Positions 7,758 through 17,512 of a stretch of 64,000 nucleotides of DNA are shown piece after piece. Position numbers and translations under genes: made by a program. The stretch is from IMG/VR virus record IMGVR_UViG_3300038361_000164, positions 124,001-188,000 of that record, one strand, 5' to 3'. The stretch's first letter is position 1; every line of letters begins with the position of its first letter. The notes under the pieces were generated by a model. The model saw only the letters and a list, made by a program, of their open reading frames with translations, was not told the DNA's origin and made no database searches.

Positions 7758-9494
7758 CTAGTTATTTTTTCTTGTTGACTTTTTTGTTGAGACCCGATAG
7801 AACTTGTGCCTTGTTAGCAACCCTACTCTATCACCCGATCTCGTCAACTTCAAATTCGTCGTTAAGTTTCTATGCTCTACAACTTTTCCTGCTGTACTGC
7901 CATCTTTTGGAAGAAGGGTTAGTTTGCCGTCTTCATGGAGATATACAAAAGGTGAGCTCTTTTTTTGCAGAGACACAAAGTTTAGTATTGATACCGTCGT
8001 AGGTTTAATTTGTACGTCCGTGGCATCATTTACATTCATATATAATACATATTCTTCAATACCGGTCTTCTTATTCATTGTTCGGAGCATACAAATACCA
8101 TTTTCGTACTTAGCATCTAATACTCGTCTATCCGTCAAATGTTCCGATATGAATGTTTTAATTATGTTATTTTTTTGGGGAAAATACAGATAATGTTTTT
8201 GTCCTATAAGTGAGTACAACATTCCATCAAACAGTTGTGTGGCTTGGGCCGCTACGTTTAAAGTTGTAGCCGACGCAACCATTGGTCCTGTTCTACCTTT
8301 GAAAAGTCGCATTAGTTGGAATTTATCATCTGTTTTTATGTATAATCGATTATCTATAATCATAATTTCGTCAGCTTTATATTTAGTATCAGAAATTGTT
8401 GACTGACCTAAGGTTCTTATATGCAAATGTGTGTTTTCAATAAACACTTCATAAGCTTTTTGATCTTGGATCGGGTCAATTAATATTCTAGAGTTCTTAT
8501 TTACTAAATCATATTCTTTTAAAGCTTTTGTGATAAAATCATATTGATATACTTTTTCTTTTGTTTGTAGATAATCATTTTCACTTGTTCCGTAGTGATG
8601 TGTAATAGTATGTGGTAGGGATACTAGCATTTGAACATAGAAGTTTTCGTTAGTAATAACCACCGGTTTGTCTTCAAACGTAAATGTGTGTTTGCCGATC
8701 ATTGGAGGTTCTAATCTTTCTCCCTTTTCAAACATTCTAATATACCATTCTTTGAGGTTGGGAGGAATAATAGCTAAATCTCTTACCGCTCCTGGTATTT
8801 TAGTGTCTTTGTTGAAAATGGATACGTTCGCTTTCATACGAGCTTCTAGTTGCTTTCTTCCAGCATACTGAGGATGTCTGCCCTTGTATGGGTGTAATCC
8901 TGTAAAAAGTTGACAGGATACTATTCCAAAAGAGAACCAATCTGTAAATTCAGAAAACTTAGAAGAATGATGATCTCTTATGTTGGGCATAATTACTGTT
9001 GCAGGATAACTTGGAGTCTGCCAAGCGTTTACATCAATAAAGTATGGTATCTGATAAGTTTTACTATCTACAAGATAATTCATCTCGTTGCCGTCAACCA
9101 TTAATACTTGTTGTGCATGTATATGCTTGATCGTGTGTTGCATTTCTTTTGTTAAAGCTACAATGTTGTCAACTGTGATATTATTCTTATCCCAAAAACT
9201 TGTAATAAATAATCGAGTCAAATACGTGAAATTCTTCACCCTATTTGTTGTGAACCCTATAGGCTTACCATGTCGATCTACTAACATATCTTTTGGAATA
9301 AATACATTTTTGTATTTTATTTTCTGTAACTCTCTGATCTTTTCTAATGAAATTACATCGGAGGGATTAATATAAATTTTGAATACTTCGTTGCCTTTAC
9401 CAAATACTCTGCCTTCGCCGCCTTCACCTAATAAATCACTGCTTTCATTTAGTTGAGTCGATTTTCCAGTCCGTTTATTTATTACTGTTGGCAT
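7758..9494 (-). CDS. Ser/Thr protein kinase (YegI/TerY-associated type)
   Basis: GEGGEGRV, FKIY, HAQQVLMVDGNEMN, IDV, TDWFSFG. Confidence 0.9.
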   Translation of the reverse strand: MPTVINKRTGKSTQLNESSDLLGEGGEGRVFGKGNEVFKIYINPSDVISLEKIRELQKIKYKNVFIPKDMLVDRHGKPIGFTTNRVKNFTYLTRLFITSFWDKNNITVDNIVALTKEMQHTIKHIHAQQVLMVDGNEMNYLVDSKTYQIPYFIDVNAWQTPSYPATVIMPNIRDHHSSKFSEFTDWFSFGIVSCQLFTGLHPYKGRHPQYAGRKQLEARMKANVSIFNKDTKIPGAVRDLAIIPPNLKEWYIRMFEKGERLEPPMIGKHTFTFEDKPVVITNENFYVQMLVSLPHTITHHYGTSENDYLQTKEKVYQYDFITKALKEYDLVNKNSRILIDPIQDQKAYEVFIENTHLHIRTLGQSTISDTKYKADEIMIIDNRLYIKTDDKFQLMRLFKGRTGPMVASATTLNVAAQATQLFDGMLYSLIGQKHYLYFPQKNNIIKTFISEHLTDRRVLDAKYENGICMLRTMNKKTGIEEYVLYMNVNDATDVQIKPTTVSILNFVSLQKKSSPFVYLHEDGKLTLLPKDGSTAGKVVEHRNLTTNLKLTRSGDRVGLLTRHKFYRVSTKKSTRKNN

Positions 9495-9807
9495 CTTTTT
9501 TAAATCTTTCTCTTAAGATTAGTAAATCATTTTCTGCCTTACTACGCTCTTCTATTAATAGTCTTTTCTGTTTAGCGACTAATTCAATTCTTGTGTCTAC
9601 ATCTATTAAATCGAGACTAATTGAGCTCAACTCGGGTCCATCTTTATCTCTTGTTAAAGCTTCTAATCCACAAATAGCACATTCATCTGAGTCCATACGT
9701 CTGTCGATAGTTTTTATACTCCATGTTATAGACTCTATAGCATTGATTAATTTATTTTGTTCTGCTACTTCTTTAATAATTTGTTTAAATTCTTTTGAAT
9801 TATGCAT
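9475..9807 (-). CDS. Hypothetical coiled-coil protein
   Basis: ORF track; overlaps both neighbours in operon. Confidence 0.55.
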   Translation of the reverse strand: MHNSKEFKQIIKEVAEQNKLINAIESITWSIKTIDRRMDSDECAICGLEALTRDKDGPELSSISLDLIDVDTRIELVAKQKRLLIEERSKAENDLLILRERFKKDANSNK

Positions 9808-10639
9808 CGCTTTTGATCTCCTTTATATTAAGGCTTACAATTGTAAAATCATCTTCAGGAAAGATGTTCTTTTTCTCAAAAAGAGTAAGCATTCGTTTCA
9901 TACGTCTTTGCATGAATGGTCCGTCATCTGATTTTAATGCGAGTATTTCGTCAGCTATCTTTGTAACATCAATTTTTTCTAAAGTAGCTTTGTTTACAAA
10001 ACTCGACATTCCATCAGTAATAAGGTGCATTCTTTTTACAGATTCGGAAGTACTGAAAATTGTATCAATTGCGCGTTTGTACCCTGTTCCTGTTCCCAAT
10101 GTTATCCATATGCCGTTTTCTTTCATGTACCACTTTTGATTTAAAGTACAAGGAGAGGAGAGTTCGTATTTCGAAGTTAAGTATATGGGATACATAGGTT
10201 TATTTTCATCATATGTCAACTCTTCCAGTATAACGGCTCCTGATGTATATTCTATCAGAATGTATCCATCACCTATATATTTTAATGCGTAGCTGGATGT
10301 TTTATTATCATAATATATGGCTAGAATTGTAGCTAATAGATCTTCCTTTTGTAGTCCAAGCGCCTCGTTATCTAACAATTCGGTCAATCCGTCCGTTAGT
10401 GCCATTTCAAATGTTCGAGGAAATCTAATAAATTCGTCTATATATTGTGCGGTTTTTAAGTACGTAGTTGCTAGCATACACATCATTCTAGATCCGATAC
10501 TAACTAGTCTTCCACTGGAGCATCCATCTGAGACAACAAGTAGTTTGGCATCTTCTAAAGATTCTACGTATGCGTAATCTTGATTGATCTTATGGGTGCT
10601 TCCTTTCGTACTAAATTTATCTATATTTGTTTGCTTCAT
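9800..10639 (-). CDS. PP2C-family phosphatase (YegK/TerY-P-like)
   Basis: G..H.INQDY, VVSDGCSS, IGDG, LITDG, EDDFT; start placed at MKQTNIDK. Confidence 0.9.
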   Translation of the reverse strand: MKQTNIDKFSTKGSTHKINQDYAYVESLEDAKLLVVSDGCSSGRLVSIGSRMMCMLATTYLKTAQYIDEFIRFPRTFEMALTDGLTELLDNEALGLQKEDLLATILAIYYDNKTSSYALKYIGDGYILIEYTSGAVILEELTYDENKPMYPIYLTSKYELSSPCTLNQKWYMKENGIWITLGTGTGYKRAIDTIFSTSESVKRMHLITDGMSSFVNKATLEKIDVTKIADEILALKSDDGPFMQRRMKRMLTLFEKKNIFPEDDFTIVSLNIKEIKSDA

Positions 10640-10655
10640 AATGTGTTTTGGAAAA

Positions 10656-10807
10656 AAGGTATTAGAATGGACAGGATTCGATACCTGCACGATGATTTTT
10701 TCGAGCTGTACATATTATTTCAATGCTATCATCGAACCACGACGTCAGCTGCCATGGATATTTGCTCTACTATTTGCGGCTATCTTTCGCCACCATTCTA
10801 ATACCTT
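10656..10807 (-). ncRNA. Candidate structured RNA closed by a 15-bp perfect stem with a T-arm-like hairpin
   Basis: AAGGTATTAGAATGG (10656-10670) / CCATTCTAATACCTT (10793-10807); CAGG-TATCGAAT-CCTG; CGATGAT/ATCATCG. Confidence 0.55.
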
Positions 10808-10823
10808 CTTCCTTAATCCTTTC

Positions 10824-11588
10824 TTATATCTCTAAGGAGATACTTACTTGTTGAGATTTTCCACCTGTGAGTAGTGCCTGACTAGAGGAACTAACACTTC
10901 TGGAAATAAACCCAATTATTTTGGCAATGCTCGATTCGTCGGCAGTTTCAATGTCGATAAATTGAACGATTCCACTTTCTTTTTGAAAGTCTTCTAGTGC
11001 TTTGCGATAGGCATTAATGTTAACTCCAATTAGAACTACATTAATTTCTTCCAAAGCTTCCTCATCTGCCATTAACGCATTTACTGCGTCCTTTACTTCT
11101 GAGGCATTTCGAATGATGTGGGAATAGTTTTCAGATCCATCTGTTATTACAAAAATAAGCCCGTTGACGGTAAATTCTTTTTTCCATAATTTAGAACCGA
11201 AAGCATGCATTGATTTAACAGATTGAAATGTAGCATCATAAAGAGGAGTTCCTCCGCCGCAGCGTGGAACTGGATACTGGCTTTCATCAATATCTGCCAA
11301 TAAGTCATATCCATGGTCTTCGACAATACCATTGCTGTTGAAAGATGTATTTCGAATTAATAGATTATCGACTCTTGGAGACTTTTTCAGAGCTTTTATA
11401 ACTTCCTGTTGTATTCGTTGAAGCTCAGTAGCATATCCATATACAGATCCGGAAATGTCTTTTACTATTTCCACAATAGTATACTGATCCGTTCCTGTCA
11501 GCTTTTCCAATTCCACGTGTGAAAACTTAAGGTTTCCAGGTCCTGGTATTTTAAAGCTCTTGTTGTTGTGTGGTGTGTAACGTGGCAT
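10824..11588 (-). CDS. vWA-domain protein (TerY/YegL-like)
   Basis: DISGS MIDAS, GGGTPLYDA, FVITDG. Confidence 0.88.
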   Translation of the reverse strand: MPRYTPHNNKSFKIPGPGNLKFSHVELEKLTGTDQYTIVEIVKDISGSVYGYATELQRIQQEVIKALKKSPRVDNLLIRNTSFNSNGIVEDHGYDLLADIDESQYPVPRCGGGTPLYDATFQSVKSMHAFGSKLWKKEFTVNGLIFVITDGSENYSHIIRNASEVKDAVNALMADEEALEEINVVLIGVNINAYRKALEDFQKESGIVQFIDIETADESSIAKIIGFISRSVSSSSQALLTGGKSQQVSISLEI

Positions 11589-11600
11589 ATTATATCCTTT

Positions 11601-12431
11601 CTAAAATAAATCGGGAATGTTTGCAGCGGGAATGACTTGCATACCCTTAGCTTTCATGTTTTTGATAGCTTCGACACCTGCATCTTCAAAGCCGCCTACT
11701 GGAGAGGAAGTTCCCTCAACCAAGTACAGTTTCTTGATGTCCTCTTTAGAGAAGTAGTCGGCTACATCTCCAAGAGTAAACGCCCAGCAATGACTTAACG
11801 CCTCACCTGATGAAAGAATTATATCTACCTCAGGATTAGAGAGCATGTCCAGGAATTTGTTATTAAGATTAGTCGTTTCGTCATCATCTCGAATAACTTC
11901 AGCTTTTACAGCGGAATAATGCTCTGTGAAAGGATTGTGACCTTTCTGTACGTAATTGACACGTGCATTGTTTTTGACTTCCCACTCTTGAAGAGTATCC
12001 CAAAGTGGTTTATACACATTGTGACCCCATGATCCGAATAGACAATGGTAAGGCCATATAAATAAACTGAATTTTCCTTGCTCTTCCAGTTTTTGTGTAT
12101 ACTCTTCTAACCAATCTTGATGTACTGGATGAAACGCTTTCCAAGTTCCATTCATAACCTCGTCATGTGAAATTGCAGTAAATACCGGAGGCATGTTACC
12201 TTTTTTATCTCTTATAAACATTGGATGAAAAATAGCCAATCTTTGGTGTGTATCCATTGTTACGTGAATATCCTCAAACTCGTGTCCCCATTTTTGTACT
12301 ATAGAGGCCACCGTATCCATGTCTTTTGTGGCTCCAGGCACAGGCAAGGCTGAGTCTGGTAAATCCATAAAATCTTGTTGTGGATCTATCATAAGATAGT
12401 GGATGTTTTTATTTGTTATCTGTTTGTTCAT
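11601..12431 (-). CDS. pncA: Nicotinamidase / isochorismatase-family hydrolase
   Basis: IDPQQDF, DTH, WPYHC...GH, KG...EHYSA, GEALSHC. Confidence 0.85.
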   Translation of the reverse strand: MNKQITNKNIHYLMIDPQQDFMDLPDSALPVPGATKDMDTVASIVQKWGHEFEDIHVTMDTHQRLAIFHPMFIRDKKGNMPPVFTAISHDEVMNGTWKAFHPVHQDWLEEYTQKLEEQGKFSLFIWPYHCLFGSWGHNVYKPLWDTLQEWEVKNNARVNYVQKGHNPFTEHYSAVKAEVIRDDDETTNLNNKFLDMLSNPEVDIILSSGEALSHCWAFTLGDVADYFSKEDIKKLYLVEGTSSPVGGFEDAGVEAIKNMKAKGMQVIPAANIPDLF

Positions 12432-12432
12432 T

Positions 12433-12990
12433 TTATTCCTTTTCTTGTTTTCTTAAGTCACCCGGATTGGGTTGATGTACTTGAATGCCTACTTCGTTTC
12501 TCCACATGTCGACAACCTCATTGTCATCTTCATATACTAAAAAGGCATCATATTTTCCTTTTACATGTTGTTCATATAATTCTTTTTTAATTACAGCACT
12601 ACTTCTGTGATCATTAGTTGCTCGCATAATTAAATTTCCAGTCCATAAATTATATTTATCTATATAATCTTGTGTAAGTTCATAGAACTCACATCCACGC
12701 ATAGTCATGTAAATAATATCTTTACCTGCCTGTTTCCAAAGAGATAATAGTACCATTAGTTGTATATTTGGTAAATCCAAATCACATTCTGACGGGTCAA
12801 ATGGATCCCTATTACCTGGGTGAAATAAGGTTCCATCCAAATCGCAGATGATTGCTATAGGAAGTTTATGATTTCTTTTCCATTGGGGCCATATCTCTGG
12901 ATATGTGTGTAAGAATTCATTTGGGGGTGTTATTGTAATATAGGGCTTGGGTTTTTGCACCCAGTCTATTATAGCTTTAAAGTTGAACAT
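12433..12990 (-). CDS. HAD-family phosphatase (Pnkp phosphatase-like)
   Basis: CDLDGTL, MR...DHRSSAVIKKE, EDD..VVDMWR. Confidence 0.8.
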   Translation of the reverse strand: MFNFKAIIDWVQKPKPYITITPPNEFLHTYPEIWPQWKRNHKLPIAIICDLDGTLFHPGNRDPFDPSECDLDLPNIQLMVLLSLWKQAGKDIIYMTMRGCEFYELTQDYIDKYNLWTGNLIMRATNDHRSSAVIKKELYEQHVKGKYDAFLVYEDDNEVVDMWRNEVGIQVHQPNPGDLRKQEKE

Positions 12991-13489
12991 AAATTTTTAG
13001 TACCTTGATTTTAGCTCTAATAGCTGTTAAGTATTTCTGTGCTTGTGGGCCGTTCCAACTGTATCCCGCATTGTATGATCTAACGATCTTTGACCAATTA
13101 TTGTTATGCACTCGTTGCCAATCTAACAATTCGTCTAACGCTTCTCTACAGCTTAAGGTGTGGCTATCTATCAGCATCTGAGCCACCCGGTTTCTATTGA
13201 AAGGAGTATTAGTTATTTCATCCTTGTGTCTGCTCATATAAGTCATAATGCTTATACCATGCGCTCCAGCTGAGGGATCCTGTAAGTTGATTTTATACTT
13301 ACCTGCTACAGATTCTTGCCATTCGATTGCTGCCAAGGTATACCCCAAATCAGCGGGATATCCAAATTCATACGAAGCTCGCAATGATTCTTTTTGTTCG
13401 TCTGTAAAACTTCGATATTCTTTAATTAAAGACTCATATGTTCCAGCTGTTAGGTTAGCAAATAATATAGCTATTATTAATAATCGCAT
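12977..13489 (-). CDS. Lytic transglycosylase (SLT-like) with signal peptide
   Basis: LAAIEWQES catalytic Glu, GAHGI, SYNAG. Confidence 0.7.
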   Translation of the reverse strand: MRLLIIAILFANLTAGTYESLIKEYRSFTDEQKESLRASYEFGYPADLGYTLAAIEWQESVAGKYKINLQDPSAGAHGISIMTYMSRHKDEITNTPFNRNRVAQMLIDSHTLSCREALDELLDWQRVHNNNWSKIVRSYNAGYSWNGPQAQKYLTAIRAKIKVLKIYVQL

Positions 13490-13517
13490 TAATACTCCTG
13501 ATTTGTTTATTGAAAAG

Positions 13518-13549
13518 AAAAAGGCACTCTTTTCACGGAGTGCCTTTTT
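13518..13549. terminator. Bidirectional intrinsic terminator
   Basis: AAAAAGGCACTC-TTTTCACG-GAGTGCCTTTTT. Confidence 0.8.
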
Positions 13550-13573
13550 GCCTATTTATTCTATTTTTGTAGC

Positions 13574-14428
13574 TTAATAAGTATTTATATATCTAGTTCC
13601 ACAAGTAGGACAATGTTTCCATGTGGCCACTTTCTTTCTTGTTCCACATCCTGTGCAGTTCTGTGGTGGGTTTTTAACATACTTATGAATTTCACTTTTT
13701 GGAAGTATTTTAAAGTTGAATGTTTGATAAATGATCCAGTTAGTATTATCGTTTACACTTTGGAATCGTTGATCGGAGTTGCCTCCGGCTTCTATTCTGC
13801 CTGTTTTAACTGATAAGTCTTGTAAGTCTTCCATTGCGTCGTTAGTATATTCAATATCTCCTTCAACATTTAAGTGAGCCTCAGGACTTGTTGTACCGAG
13901 TCCTACATTACCCGCGCTGTTTATAGATATATTATCACCATCATATGAGCAGTTAGAAGTATAACACATCATATCACCATAGGATGGTTTCGGTGGTGTG
14001 AAAGATCTAAGATTCATATCTCGATTGTGCATACTACCTGTGAAATTCCATGGTATATCTTTTATTAATTGAACTGTAGAAGATTCTGGTTCATACACTG
14101 TAATTTTAATGTTTCCGTTTTCTTGGATAGCTCTCTGTGTATGTATATCTCCATCTACTCGATAAGTATCGAATACAAATAGTTTTCCCGATTGAGGGTC
14201 GTTGCCATAGAAAGACTCTAAAAAGAGTTTTTCACCTGGACGAAATAATAGTTTTGTACCATACCCAATCTTTTCTCCATTTAAGGATACTGTAGCAGCC
14301 ATTTTTCTTTTGGAATTGTTTTTTAGGAAAATTTCAAAATTTGAGCCATCATCTAAAAAGACTCGGTCTGTGTTGTTTTGTTTGTAAATAGGTAGTTCTT
14401 GTTTGGCGTGTGTGATTTTTGCAATCAT
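13574..14428 (-). CDS. Hypothetical protein with C-terminal zinc ribbon
   Basis: CTGCG...CPTCG; internal GNVGLGTTSP segment. Confidence 0.65.
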   Translation of the reverse strand: MIAKITHAKQELPIYKQNNTDRVFLDDGSNFEIFLKNNSKRKMAATVSLNGEKIGYGTKLLFRPGEKLFLESFYGNDPQSGKLFVFDTYRVDGDIHTQRAIQENGNIKITVYEPESSTVQLIKDIPWNFTGSMHNRDMNLRSFTPPKPSYGDMMCYTSNCSYDGDNISINSAGNVGLGTTSPEAHLNVEGDIEYTNDAMEDLQDLSVKTGRIEAGGNSDQRFQSVNDNTNWIIYQTFNFKILPKSEIHKYVKNPPQNCTGCGTRKKVATWKHCPTCGTRYINTY

Positions 14429-14530
14429 GATTAAACTCCGTTTGTTATTATTGCCTTACTAATTCGTATGCCTTAACAGACACGTACTCAAATGTTCTTT
14501 AACACTTAGCATGACAATGAGCTTATTTTT

Positions 14531-14559
14531 AATATATAAATATATGTATCAAAAGTCAA
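14531..14559 (-). promoter_or_regulatory. Sigma70-like promoter
   Basis: TTGACT-N17-TATATT. Confidence 0.7.
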
Positions 14560-14608
14560 TAGGCACCTTGCGCAATGCAAGGTACCTATAATTCTTTCGT
14601 ACTTTTCG

Positions 14609-15559
14609 TTAGTTATCTAAATATCGCAGAAACGAATGTTTCGTTGATAAAATAAATTCCTGTCCAGAAAGCGTGTTTTCATAAAGCTCTAATGACTTTA
14701 AGAAAGCATAAAAATCTGGATTTTGTTCGTAGGATTCGGCATAGATTTTTGTTGCACTTGCGTTTGCCGCTCCTGTGATGTCTTTTGCGTTTTTGTATGC
14801 TTCAGACAATATTTCTTTCTCATCTCTGTCAATAAGACTTCGAATAGCGGTATTTTGTCCCTGGCCTTCAGCACGATATTTCTCAGCAATTCGATTCTGT
14901 TCAGAAATCATCCTTTTGAAAACACTAGGCTGCAGTGACGCTACATACGAGGTTCTTTTAATTTCCAGATTGACAAGTTCTATACCAAGATCAAGAGTTG
15001 TTAACATCGTGTTGACTTTTTCAAATATCTCGTCACGAATTACACCACGTGCTCCTTTAGCTTGAACCGTTCCTTTGGAATCCATCATAGTTGCGTCTTC
15101 GGTTTCCTCTGAATTCAACAGCATCTGTCTGTCGGAGTTTCTCACCACTTCTCCCAATGATCTGGAAGATACCACATTAATATTCGCTCCTTTGATAACT
15201 TCACTTAGTTTTGCCAATGTTCGTTGCTCGGTTCTAAGTGCTTTGTAGTATCTTTTTGGATTTGTGATCTTATATCTTGCAAAGGTATCTACTAATATCA
15301 CTTTATTGTCTGCAGTTGGGATTTGTGTTGGTGGTCCGTCCCACTCAAGCTTTCTTTTTTCCATTACTTCAAAGCTTTGTATGAAAGGCAATTTCCAATG
15401 AAATCCTGCAGTATCTACTTGTCTGATAACCTTACCAAACTGTAATATAACACCTTGTTCCGTTTCCAGCACTGTGAATGCTCCGGTATACGCGACAGTA
15501 AGGGCAAGAAATCCGATAATTGTAATAATGATTTTCTTTAACATTTTATCTTCCTCCAT
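14609..15559 (-). CDS. hflC: HflC (SPFH) FtsH modulator
   Basis: TM anchor, VILQFGK, GFHWKLPF, T.DNKVILVD, RM.SEQ.RIAEKYRAEG, FYAFLKSLE.Y. Confidence 0.9.
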   Translation of the reverse strand: MEEDKMLKKIIITIIGFLALTVAYTGAFTVLETEQGVILQFGKVIRQVDTAGFHWKLPFIQSFEVMEKRKLEWDGPPTQIPTADNKVILVDTFARYKITNPKRYYKALRTEQRTLAKLSEVIKGANINVVSSRSLGEVVRNSDRQMLLNSEETEDATMMDSKGTVQAKGARGVIRDEIFEKVNTMLTTLDLGIELVNLEIKRTSYVASLQPSVFKRMISEQNRIAEKYRAEGQGQNTAIRSLIDRDEKEILSEAYKNAKDITGAANASATKIYAESYEQNPDFYAFLKSLELYENTLSGQEFILSTKHSFLRYLDN

Positions 15560-16505
15560 CTAAACTTAGGTGTGGTAAAATACTTTGAAGATCTTCATCA
15601 ACAACCTTTATTACAGCGCCAGCGAGTATATTATCCATGGCCTCTAAGTATAGTCGTTGCTTTGTTATTTCTGGAGCTTTTAAATACTCCGCTTCTAGTT
15701 TCATAAATGCAGCTACGTCACCCTTTGCATTGTTTACCCTTTGAGCAGCATAACCTTTTGCATCATTTATCTTAGCCTTTGCTTGTCCCTTTACTTCTAG
15801 GATAATTTTATTATACTGCTGTCTGGCTTCGTTGATAAGTGTCTCTTGCTCTTGTTTGGCAACATTTACATCATTGTAGGAGGCCATAACAGGTTGAGGA
15901 GGTAAGGATTCATGTATTTGTACATTGTTTACTTCCAATCCCATATTGTACTTAGTCATGTACTTATACATGTTGTTAGTAGCTTCAACACTCATTGCAG
16001 CTCGATCTCTCTGAGTTGCCTCGTGGAAGGATCTATCTCCCACCAAAGTTCTCATATCCATTTCTGAAAGATCCCGCATAAACTCTTCTGGTCGCCTAAA
16101 ATTAAACAAATAGGCAGCTGGATCAGTGATTCGGTATTGAATAACCCATCTTACTTCAGCTATACTTAAATCACCTGTAAGCATCCATGATTCTTTTGGA
16201 ATATTGTTTTTAGGACCTTCACTGCGTCGGAGATTGTTTTTACGAAATCCAAACTCTTGTGTGTACTGCTTTTCTACCTTTATCAGATATGTATCATCTA
16301 CAAACGGTATTTTGAAATGCAGCCCTGGGTCGGTAGTAGTGAGATACTTACCAAATCTGGTAACTACGGCTTGTTCTTGCGTATCGACAGTATACGTACC
16401 ATCTAACACTACCGTTAGTGCAAATAATGCGAATATAACAATTAGAATTGTCTTCTTATACTGTATTAAAAACTGTAACGGTGTTTCTGGTTGATTGCTA
16501 TACAT
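15546..16505 (-). CDS. hflK: HflK (SPFH) FtsH modulator
   Basis: VVTRFGK, GLHFKIPF, MLTGD, PP..V...YNDVN.A.QE, Y.KAPEITKQRLYLEAM. Confidence 0.9.
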   Translation of the reverse strand: MYSNQPETPLQFLIQYKKTILIVIFALFALTVVLDGTYTVDTQEQAVVTRFGKYLTTTDPGLHFKIPFVDDTYLIKVEKQYTQEFGFRKNNLRRSEGPKNNIPKESWMLTGDLSIAEVRWVIQYRITDPAAYLFNFRRPEEFMRDLSEMDMRTLVGDRSFHEATQRDRAAMSVEATNNMYKYMTKYNMGLEVNNVQIHESLPPQPVMASYNDVNVAKQEQETLINEARQQYNKIILEVKGQAKAKINDAKGYAAQRVNNAKGDVAAFMKLEAEYLKAPEITKQRLYLEAMDNILAGAVIKVVDEDLQSILPHLSLDGGR

Positions 16506-16515
16506 TTAGCATCCT

Positions 16516-16926
16516 TTATCTTTTTATTGTTGTTTTCTTGATTGACTCTAGTTTACTTTCTAGTTCTGAAATAACTTCCAGGCTAAATTTCTTTCGTCTA
16601 GCCGTACGAAGTTCTTTTTCAAGTTTTCGTGCTTCTTTTTCCTCTTTGGTGCGTTTTGGTTTTAGTACTAACCATGCACAAAATAGGAAAATAAGAATAC
16701 CTAATATTCTTATAAACCATATTCCCATTTATGTTTTGACTCCTTTTCCTGTTTCTGTAATGCTTATATTTATATAAACACTAGCTTTTTGTCCATTTGG
16801 CAATGTTACATCCCCTACTAACTCTTCAGCTTCGTTGAATTTTTTATTTTGCATATCTTTTAGTACAGCCTTGCAAGTAGGTCCGCAAGCTTTTACTATC
16901 TGAGATACGTTTTCCGTCTTAATCAT
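16516..16926 (-). CDS. Two small hypothetical proteins (16516-16728 membrane; 16729-16926)
   Basis: ORF track; abutting co-oriented ORFs. Confidence 0.5.
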
Positions 16927-16985
16927 ATTGAGCCTCTCTTTTTTTGCCTTGTTTATTCATTTAGAGATTGTTCTTTAATCTCTCT

Positions 16986-16996
16986 ATTCTTATACC
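16986..16996 (-). promoter_or_regulatory. GGTATAAGAAT promoter-like motif (copy 1 of 12)
   Basis: Exact intergenic motif upstream of minus-strand genes. Confidence 0.7.
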
Positions 16997-17002
16997 AAAA
17001 TT

Positions 17003-17509
17003 TTAAAGTTCTACATCGTGTTCCCACGGATGCTGTGTAGCCATTGCGTGGCGTAGTTGTTGTTCCGGAGAATGCGGGGATTGTAGTTGCTTTACAGTTA
17101 CATAGCAATTATCTGTTAATATACACCCTGCTATATTGTTTCTCAAGTTTTGTTCCAAAAATCTGCTGGGTTTTATATCAGAAAAATATATAGCAAGGTT
17201 TTCTACTCCTCTATACCTTGACTCTGATTCTGTATAAGCTATAATATTAGATTTTAGTACGTTTTGAGGAATTGATGAATATTCGCTGTGTATTAGTCTT
17301 TGTTGGACCGCCGTCATGTCACTGTTTAAACACACTATAAAAATCTCGTTCCAGGGTCCTCGTGCAAAGATTTTCCTCAATGCACGAGATTTCCCAATAC
17401 CTCTGTTCGTATAAAACGTTCCGCCTGGATGTGAGTCGAGCCATTTAATTATAATGTCTGCGTTCAGCTCAACTTGTTCTTCCCAACTAATAGGTTTCTT
17501 ATTCTTCAT
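17003..17509 (-). CDS. Degenerate P-loop NTPase-like protein
   Basis: RGIGKS Walker-A-like motif; no clear Walker B. Confidence 0.4.
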   Translation of the reverse strand: MKNKKPISWEEQVELNADIIIKWLDSHPGGTFYTNRGIGKSRALRKIFARGPWNEIFIVCLNSDMTAVQQRLIHSEYSSIPQNVLKSNIIAYTESESRYRGVENLAIYFSDIKPSRFLEQNLRNNIAGCILTDNCYVTVKQLQSPHSPEQQLRHAMATQHPWEHDVEL

Positions 17510-17512
17510 TAA

